DNA of 64,000 nt from Prevotellaceae bacterium UBA6858 (GTDB taxonomy: Bacteria; Bacteroidota; Bacteroidia; Bacteroidales; Bacteroidaceae): NCBI GenBank assembly GCA_002451695.1, contig DKDC01000001.1:19961-83960 (forward strand). The letters are read 5' to 3'. Position numbers and translations under genes: made by a program. Below, one piece after another: positions 57,439-64,000 of this stretch. Each line of letters begins with the position of its first letter. The first letter of the stretch is position 1. The notes beneath the pieces were generated by a model. The model saw only the letters and a program-made list of their open reading frames with translations, was not told where the DNA came from and searched no databases.

Positions 57439-57640
57439 GAATTATGTCTGATATAATTTTTCCTACGTCCGATGTAGTTTTTCCTACATCAAATGTATTT
57501 TTCCGGGTGTTCGGCAAAGGGCAATTGACTTGCGTTTTGCGCCATTTGCCGAACGGTGCAAATACTGGTTAATAGGTTACTGTATATATGTAGGGGCGTA
57601 TTGCATACGCCCTGCACGCCACCGCATGAACCGCATCGCA
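57439..57640 (+). repeat. Composite intergenic repeat, copy 11 (5'-truncated module A + core-less arms + half module B)
   Basis: Three units at 57445-57507. Core-less arms TTGCGCCATTTGCCGAACGGTGCAA at 57537-57561. GTAGGGGCGTATTGCATACGCCC at 57590-57612 followed by CACGCCACCGCATGAACCGCATCGCAAA. Confidence 0.9.
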
Positions 57641-57674
57641 AAAAAAATCCCGCAGCCCGGAAGGGCCGCAGGAT
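57640..57674 (-). terminator. Rho-independent terminator after ilvC
   Basis: On the minus strand, stem ATCCTGCGGCCC / GGGCTGCGGGAT (GGAA/TTCC loop) is followed by T8, 24 nt downstream of the ilvC stop. Confidence 0.85.
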
Positions 57675-57697
57675 TGAACCTTATTCCAAAGCCGGAA

Positions 57698-58741
57698 TTA
57701 GTTGTTCTCGGGACGGAGCTTGCGCACGGTCTCGCCGGTGCGCCACATTTCGCTGTTGTGTATCGCCTCAAGTTCCTTGTTGAGCTTTTCGCGGTAGTCG
57801 GGCTTCGAGTTGCTGTCGATTGAAATCTGAGCCTCGTTGCCTGTTGCCACGCTTTCGTAAAGTTTCTCCATTACAGGCTTGATTGCATCGTGGAACGGGC
57901 CCATCCAGTCGAGAGCGCCGCGCTGCGCGGTTGTGGAGCAGTTTGCGTACATCCAGTCCATGCCATTCTTGCCCACCATCGGGAGAAGGCTCTGGGTGAA
58001 CTCCTCAACCGTTTCGTTGAACGCCTCGGACGGTGTGTGTCCGTGGCTGCGGAGGGTCTCATACTGTGCGAGGAACATTCCCTGCACGGCTCCCATCAGC
58101 GCGCCGCGCTCGCCGGTAAGGTCGCTGTAGGTCTCGCGGGTGAACGTTGTCTTGAACATATAGCCCGAACCGATGCCTATGCCCATTGCCATTGTGCGCT
58201 CCTCTGCCTTGCCTGTCGCGTCCTGGAACACAGCATACGAACTGTTGATGCCGCGCCCTTCGAGGAACAGCGAACGGAGGGAAGTGCCAGACCCCTTGGG
58301 GGCAACCATGATTACGTCAACATCCGTGGGGGGTACAACGTTGGTGCGATCCTTGTAGGTGATGGCAAAACCGTGGGAGAAGTAAAGAGCCTTGCCCTTG
58401 GTTACATATTGCTTGATTTTGGGCCACATCTCAATCTGTGCGGCATCGCTCAGAAGCATACAGATGATTGTTCCCTTTTCGGCAGCCTCCTCGACAGAGA
58501 ACAGGGTTTCGCCCGGCACCCAGCCGTCGGCCACACATTTATCATAAGTTTTGCTCTTGCGCTGACCTACGATCACGTTGAAACCGTTGTCGCGGAGGTT
58601 CAAAGCCTGACCCGGACCCTGAATGCCATAACCAAGAACTGCGATAGTCTCGTCTTTCAGAACTTCACGAGCCTTGCTCAACGGAAATTCTTCACGCGTT
58701 GCAACATCCTCAACAACGCCGCCAAAGTTAATCTTTGCCAT
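57698..58741 (-). CDS. ilvC: Ketol-acid reductoisomerase
   Basis: IAVLGYGIQGPGQALNLRDNG... and conserved class I KARI blocks. Confidence 0.93.
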   Translation of the reverse strand: MAKINFGGVVEDVATREEFPLSKAREVLKDETIAVLGYGIQGPGQALNLRDNGFNVIVGQRKSKTYDKCVADGWVPGETLFSVEEAAEKGTIICMLLSDAAQIEMWPKIKQYVTKGKALYFSHGFAITYKDRTNVVPPTDVDVIMVAPKGSGTSLRSLFLEGRGINSSYAVFQDATGKAEERTMAMGIGIGSGYMFKTTFTRETYSDLTGERGALMGAVQGMFLAQYETLRSHGHTPSEAFNETVEEFTQSLLPMVGKNGMDWMYANCSTTAQRGALDWMGPFHDAIKPVMEKLYESVATGNEAQISIDSNSKPDYREKLNKELEAIHNSEMWRTGETVRKLRPENN

Positions 58742-58814
58742 TTTGTTTTTTGTTTTTGCGCCTCCCCAAGCCCTCGGGCGGGAAGGCTGTGTTATACATG
58801 TTTATATTATTGTC

Positions 58815-59579
58815 CTACTTGAAAGTTATGCGGCAGGAGCATACCTTTTTCTCCCTTCCCTCCCCGTCCCCGGGTTGCAGGCGCACTTCCACATTGTATA
58901 TGTTTTCCGAAACGCGTTCCTTGTAGAAAGCCAGGCGGTCGCCAAAGTGAGCCTCGCCGTGATAGGCAATCTCCAAGCCTGAAACACGCCGCGTGGAATA
59001 CACTTCCTGCGGAAAAAGGTCCAGAATATGCTCTATGTACCTTATGCTGTTGAAATGCCGGTTGATGTCGATGTCGCTGTAATAAGCCGTGATTATGCGC
59101 TGCGGCTCTTCCGCCGTAACCCTGATGCGCGAGAAGTCCTCAACTTCGCACGCCTTTTCCGCATCCGCCCACTTGGCGAAGCCGCCGCCCGGAAGCGTCT
59201 CAAGGTTTACCGGCATACGGGTCTCTGAATTTATCAAAGCCCACGTGGTGTAGGCGTAACCGTAAGCCGTGTTGTCGGGACGCAATATTGAAAAGCATCT
59301 GTCCGTAAACGTGCGGTAAACATTGCGTATCCACGTCTCTATTTCATAACGCTCGTTCACCTTGGGCATTTCGTCCATGCTGATTATCATACGCGACAAA
59401 ACCCACGCCTGTTTCTGCGGCATGAGCTGCTTCATTCCAAAACCGTGGCTGTCGGCGTGCATCCCCGCAGTGGCGAGGATTCTCTTTCCCAGCTCCTGCC
59501 ACGCAAGAACACCCGTGAAGTCCTCGGTGAAAGGCTCCACTACGTAATCAAACCTGCTTGACTTGTCCGGCGTTTCCAT
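58815..59579 (-). CDS. Acyl-ACP thioesterase
   Basis: FDYVVEPFTEDFTG...WVLSRMIISMDEMPKVNERYEIETWIRNVYRTFTDRCF matches the Bacteroides acyl-ACP thioesterase pattern from memory. Confidence 0.75.
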   Translation of the reverse strand: METPDKSSRFDYVVEPFTEDFTGVLAWQELGKRILATAGMHADSHGFGMKQLMPQKQAWVLSRMIISMDEMPKVNERYEIETWIRNVYRTFTDRCFSILRPDNTAYGYAYTTWALINSETRMPVNLETLPGGGFAKWADAEKACEVEDFSRIRVTAEEPQRIITAYYSDIDINRHFNSIRYIEHILDLFPQEVYSTRRVSGLEIAYHGEAHFGDRLAFYKERVSENIYNVEVRLQPGDGEGREKKVCSCRITFK

Positions 59580-59580
59580 T

Positions 59581-60138
59581 TCAGTTTTCTGTTTCCTGAC
59601 GCGTGCGGTTGCGGTGCAGCAGATACTCCGTTACAAACTCGCGGCGGCTTTTTGTTACGGCGATAGAGCCGGAGTGGACAAACTGCAATATGCAGTCGAG
59701 CACCTTGAGATGTTTGTAAAGACTGTTTATCTCTTCCGTAAGCCCCTCCATTGAAACTATGGAGTAAGTGGAGTTGACCTCCACGAACTTAGCCCCATAA
59801 GTGCGGATTTCCCTTGAAATCTGGCGGTTTTCCAAAACAGCCGGGGTGGAAAGCTTGAACAGCGCGGTTTCAAGAGTGAAGATTTCGTCCTCGGTGAAAT
59901 AGTTTGCCGACACAACGTCTATAATCTTCTCTATCTGCTTGGCTATTTTGTCGATAATCAACTCGGTGGAATAACAGGTGATTGTATATCTGTGAAGCCC
60001 CTCAATGCTCGAAGCCGACACATTAAGGCTCTCGATGTTAACCTGCCTGCGCGTAAACACCGTTGTTATGTGATTGAGCACGCCAGGAAGGTTCTCGGAG
60101 AATATTATCAGTGTATATAATGTTTCGTCTGATTGCAT
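59581..60138 (-). CDS. ilvN: Acetolactate synthase small (regulatory) subunit
   Basis: ACT-domain start YTLIIFSENLPGVLNHITTVFTRRQVNIESLNVS. Confidence 0.88.
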   Translation of the reverse strand: MQSDETLYTLIIFSENLPGVLNHITTVFTRRQVNIESLNVSASSIEGLHRYTITCYSTELIIDKIAKQIEKIIDVVSANYFTEDEIFTLETALFKLSTPAVLENRQISREIRTYGAKFVEVNSTYSIVSMEGLTEEINSLYKHLKVLDCILQFVHSGSIAVTKSRREFVTEYLLHRNRTRQETEN

Positions 60139-60156
60139 GATTGTAAACTTTGCGGT

Positions 60157-61860
60157 TTATTTCAGTTCGAGCAGCATATCGTCCACATCGTGTCCGGGGA
60201 AGCACATCGGCAGGACATTCTCCTCCTCCGCCACTGCCGTCTGCAAAAGGAACGGGCCGTCGGTCTCCACCATTTCCTTCACGGCCGCCGCAAGGTCTTT
60301 GCGGTCAACCACAGTGCGGCACGGTATGTTGTACGCCGAAGCTATCTTCTCGTAATCAGGGTTCATCATCCGGGTGAACGAATAGCGCGAATCGAAGAAC
60401 AGTTCCTGCCACTGGCGCACGTTGCCGAGGAAATTATTGTTCATCAATATAATCTTCACAGGCGAATGCTGCTCCATTATAGTGCCGAACTCCTCTATCG
60501 TCATCTGCAGTCCCCCGTCGCCGGTAAAGAAGCAAACTGTCCTGTCGGGGGCGGCGAATGCCGCGCCTATGGCGGCGGGAAGTCCGAAACCCATAGTCCC
60601 CATTCCGCCCGAGGTTACAATGCTGTTGTTTTTGGAGAACTTGAAATAGCGTGCCGACATCATCTGGTTCTGCCCCACATCGGTTACGAGTATTGCCGCG
60701 TTGTTTGTGGCTTCCGTAACAGCGTTCACAACCTCACCCATACGGAGCGGGCCAGCTGCGGGATGGATTTCGGGGGTTATCACTTTTTCGTTCTCTATAT
60801 CCCTGAACTGTTCAAAACTCTTGCGCCACGCCTTGTGGTTGCCCGGCTTCAGAAGTTTTGTTACCTCGGCAAGCGTTTCCTTGCAGTCGCCAAGCACAGG
60901 CACGTCAACAGAAACATTTTTGTTAATCTCCGACGGGTCTATGTCAAAGTGAATCTTCTTTGCGCGACCAGCGTATGTGCTCAACTTTCCTGTTATGCGG
61001 TCGTCAAAGCGCATTCCAACGGCTATCAGCAGGTCGCACTCCTGTGTTTTTACATTTGCGGCATAACTTCCGTGCATACCAAGCATCCCCACATTCAGAG
61101 GATGACTGCTCGGGAGTGCGGAAAGCCCGAGCAATGTGCAGCCTGCGGGAGCGTCAATGCGCTCTATAAACTCCTGCAACTCCTTTTGCGCGCCGCCAAG
61201 CTGCACACCCTGCCCCACAAGCACGAGCGGCTTGCAACTTTCGTTTATTAGCTGTGCCGCTTCTTTGATTGCTTCGGGAGTATGTTCGGGAACAGGCTGA
61301 TAACTGCGGATAAAATTGATATTACGTTTTTCGTATTCCGCCAGCTCCACTTGCGCGTTCTTAGTGAAATCGAGAACCACTGGACCGGGTCGCCCGCTGC
61401 GTGCAATATAAAACGCACGGCTCACAGCCCACGCCACCTTTTCTGCGCTTCTTATCTGATACGCCCACTTTGATATAGGCTGTGCTATGTCCACAACGTC
61501 GCATTCCTGAAAGGCGTCCGTCCCGAGCGCGCCGACACCCACCTGCCCTGTAATTACAACCATTGGCGTGCTGTCCATCATGGCATCGGCTATGCCCGTA
61601 ATGGTGTTGGTAGCGCCGGGACCGCTCGTGGCTATCGCCACGCCCACTTTCCCGCTGACACGCGCATATCCCTCGGCGGCGTGTGCCGCCGCCTGTTCGT
61701 GGCGCACAAGAATGTGGTTAATCTGCTTGCCTTGGTAATCATACAGCTTGTCATACACAGGCATAATTGCACCGCCGGGATAGCCGAACACGGTTGTTAC
61801 GCCTTCGTCAATAAGAGAGCGTATGAGTATTTCTGCGCCGGAAATCAATTCGTTTCCCAT
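60157..61860 (-). CDS. ilvB: Acetolactate synthase large subunit (ThDP-dependent)
   Basis: GAEILIRSLIDEGVTTVFGYPGGAIMP... and the ThDP motif GDGGLQMTIEEF...N. Confidence 0.93.
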   Translation of the reverse strand: MGNELISGAEILIRSLIDEGVTTVFGYPGGAIMPVYDKLYDYQGKQINHILVRHEQAAAHAAEGYARVSGKVGVAIATSGPGATNTITGIADAMMDSTPMVVITGQVGVGALGTDAFQECDVVDIAQPISKWAYQIRSAEKVAWAVSRAFYIARSGRPGPVVLDFTKNAQVELAEYEKRNINFIRSYQPVPEHTPEAIKEAAQLINESCKPLVLVGQGVQLGGAQKELQEFIERIDAPAGCTLLGLSALPSSHPLNVGMLGMHGSYAANVKTQECDLLIAVGMRFDDRITGKLSTYAGRAKKIHFDIDPSEINKNVSVDVPVLGDCKETLAEVTKLLKPGNHKAWRKSFEQFRDIENEKVITPEIHPAAGPLRMGEVVNAVTEATNNAAILVTDVGQNQMMSARYFKFSKNNSIVTSGGMGTMGFGLPAAIGAAFAAPDRTVCFFTGDGGLQMTIEEFGTIMEQHSPVKIILMNNNFLGNVRQWQELFFDSRYSFTRMMNPDYEKIASAYNIPCRTVVDRKDLAAAVKEMVETDGPFLLQTAVAEEENVLPMCFPGHDVDDMLLELK

Positions 61861-61861
61861 T

Positions 61862-63670
61862 TCATTCGTCTTTGAGTATTCTTACTCCGCCTTTGTCGGC
61901 AGAGCTTACCATCGCCGCATAGGCACGCAAAGCCTTCGACACAGTGCGGTTTCTTTTCAACGGCACTTGCGGACGCGCTCCAAGCTCCTCGTCAGAAAGA
62001 TGCACGTTGATTGTGCGTTCGGGGATGTTTATTTCGATAATGTCCCCGTCAACGATTTTGCCTATCGCGCCGCCCGAAGCTGCCTCCGGCGATATATGCC
62101 CGATGCTGAGTCCCGAAGTTCCGCCGCTGAAGCGTCCGTCGGTTATAAGGGCGCACTCCTTGCCAAGGTGAATGCTCTTTATGTATGATGTGGGATAAAG
62201 CATTTCCTGCATACCCGGGCCTCCCTTGGGGCCTTCATGAGTTATCACGACCACATCGCCGCTCTTGACCTTGCCGCCAAGTATGCCCTCGCAAGCGGCT
62301 TCCTGTGAATCGAACACCTTCGCCGGACCTTGGAAATGCCATATCGACTCGTCCACGCCGGCAGTCTTGACAACGCATCCGTCCTTCGCTATGTTTCCGA
62401 AAAGCACCGCAAGCCCGCCGTCTTTTGAGTAGGCGTGTTCCAGGTCGCGAATACAGCCCCCGGCACGGTCTGTGTCAAGGGTTTCCCACTGCGCGTCCTG
62501 CGAACCCATTGTTGTGGTGAATTTTCTGCCGGGTGCGCTGTGGTATATGCGCGAAGCCTCGGAATCTATATTTTCCTTTGTTATGTCGTATTTTGCCACC
62601 GCCTCTCCGAGCGTAATTCCGTCAACGCGCCTTACGGACGTGTCGAGCAAGCCGCCTTTTGCCAGTTCGCCAAGAATGCCGAGGATGCCGCCCGCACGGT
62701 TGCAGTTTTCCACGGAGTACTTCTGCGTGTTGGGGGCGAGCTTGCACAGGCAGGGCACTTTGCGGCTCAAAGCGTCAATGTCCTTCATCTTGAAGTCAAC
62801 GCCGCCCTCGTTTGCCACGGCAAGCAGGTGCAATATAGTGTTTGTAGAGCCGCCCATGGCTATGTCAAGCGACATGGCGTTCAAAAATGCTTCCCTTGTG
62901 GCAATGCTGCGCGGCAGCACGCTCTCGTCGCCCTCACCATAATACTTATATGCGTTCCCGACTATCAGTCTGGCTGCATCCTTGAACAGCTGCAGACGGT
63001 TCACGTGCGAGGCGAGCACAGTCCCGTTCCCCGGCAGCGCGAGCCCTATCGCCTCGGTCAGCGAGTTCATCGAGTTTGCCGTGAACATTCCCGAACAGCA
63101 TCCGCATCCGGGACAGGCGCGTTCCTCTATTTTGTCCAGCTCTTCCTGCGAAACGCTCTTGTCCGCGCCCTTAACCATTGCCGTAATGAGGTCGATGTTC
63201 CGGTTGTCCCATCTTCCCGCCTCCATAGGGCCTCCCGACACAAACACTGTGGGGATGTTAAGCCTCATCGCCGCCATAAGCATTCCCGGAGTTATCTTGT
63301 CGCAGTTGCTTATGCACACAAGCGCGTCCGCCTTGTGGGCGTTCACCATATACTCCACGGAGTCGGCTATCAAGTCGCGTGAGGGAAGCGAGTAAAGCAT
63401 CCCGTCATGCCCCATCGCTATGCCGTCGTCAATGGCTATCGTGTTGAACTCGGCAGCATAGCAACCGAGTTTCTCTATTTCTTTCTTTACAAGCTGACCC
63501 GCCTCGTGAAGGTGCGTATGTCCCGGCACAAACTGCGTGAACGAGTTGGCAATCGCAATTATAGGCTTGCCGAATTGCCCGCGCTTCATTCCCGTGGCCA
63601 CCCACAAGGCACGCGAGCCCGCCATTTTCCTTCCTTCTGTGGAGACGGCGCTCCTTAGTTGTATTTTCAT
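61862..63670 (-). CDS. ilvD: Dihydroxy-acid dehydratase
   Basis: [23 protein letters not shown]...[12 protein letters not shown]...GGPMEAG.... Start set at the conserved MK..LRS (63670). In-frame ATGs at 63682 and 63712 are possible. Confidence 0.92.
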   Translation of the reverse strand: MKIQLRSAVSTEGRKMAGSRALWVATGMKRGQFGKPIIAIANSFTQFVPGHTHLHEAGQLVKKEIEKLGCYAAEFNTIAIDDGIAMGHDGMLYSLPSRDLIADSVEYMVNAHKADALVCISNCDKITPGMLMAAMRLNIPTVFVSGGPMEAGRWDNRNIDLITAMVKGADKSVSQEELDKIEERACPGCGCCSGMFTANSMNSLTEAIGLALPGNGTVLASHVNRLQLFKDAARLIVGNAYKYYGEGDESVLPRSIATREAFLNAMSLDIAMGGSTNTILHLLAVANEGGVDFKMKDIDALSRKVPCLCKLAPNTQKYSVENCNRAGGILGILGELAKGGLLDTSVRRVDGITLGEAVAKYDITKENIDSEASRIYHSAPGRKFTTTMGSQDAQWETLDTDRAGGCIRDLEHAYSKDGGLAVLFGNIAKDGCVVKTAGVDESIWHFQGPAKVFDSQEAACEGILGGKVKSGDVVVITHEGPKGGPGMQEMLYPTSYIKSIHLGKECALITDGRFSGGTSGLSIGHISPEAASGGAIGKIVDGDIIEINIPERTINVHLSDEELGARPQVPLKRNRTVSKALRAYAAMVSSADKGGVRILKDE

Positions 63671-64000
63671 CTTTTCTGTCATTACCTTATCCTGTTCGGA
63701 GTATATATGCAATTTCTATGTCATTCGCAAAAGTAGGTATTTGAGGGCGAAAAAACAAGCAAAAACGAATGATTTAACGATTTTCAGCCATATTAACTGA
63801 CAAAATAACACACAATCGCGGCAAACGTGCAAACTTTTGCAAGAGACTATAAACAGCACTTGACAAAACAATGCGCCATGCAGTTGCCCGGCAGCCCACA
63901 CTTAAATGAGTTCGGGGCAATGGCTTCCAATATACAATCAGACGTGCAGCTTGCCAGCACGATTCAAACACAGGTACGCAGCGTACTCTTACAGATAAGC

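Noticed and set aside
63713-64000. Possible leader-peptide attenuator or T-box upstream of ilvD.
   Set aside because: No Ile/Val/Leu-rich leader ORF, no T-box specifier or antiterminator motif, and no obvious alternative hairpins were found. The window also ends at 64000, so the region is incomplete. The 65-aa ORF at 63774-63971 looks spurious.

Overview
This is a 64-kb chromosomal window from a Bacteroidota genome of Bacteroidales type. The assignment rests on T9SS genes and cargo tails, TAnnTTTG -7 promoter boxes, and gene order such as sprA-ruvA and recF-DUF721. All family calls come from motifs read by eye; no database search was possible.

Gene content is mostly core. It includes the secA 3' end, a TPP-riboswitch-controlled TonB receptor plus PnuT-like transporter, serB, coaX, lptC-like, ppiD-like, gdhA, aroC and recF. 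It also includes ribH, a partial dcw cluster (murG-murC-ftsQ-ftsA-ftsZ), rsmE, a cbpA-like J-protein, the 2486-aa T9SS translocon sprA and ruvA. The right end carries pgi, gpsA, lysS and an ilvD-ilvB-ilvN-thioesterase-ilvC operon, and there are two tRNAs (Tyr-GTA, Cys-GCA).

Accessory-looking content:
- A three-gene secreted adhesin/LRR/M60-like peptidase operon at 1252-9033.
- A BspA-like LRR T9SS cargo.
- An orphan WbbI-like glycosyltransferase.
- A small sugar transferase.

Most notable observations:
1. A composite intergenic repeat family occurs at 11 loci and covers about 2.1 kb of the window. Each copy has four phased 21-bp dyad units, usually followed by a REP-like palindrome.
2. Two diverged full-length ftsZ genes sit in tandem at the end of the dcw cluster.
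3. Homopolymer tracts (G11, A14) lie in the promoter spacers of two T9SS-cargo loci.

No rRNA, CRISPR array, transposase, integrase or prophage genes were seen.
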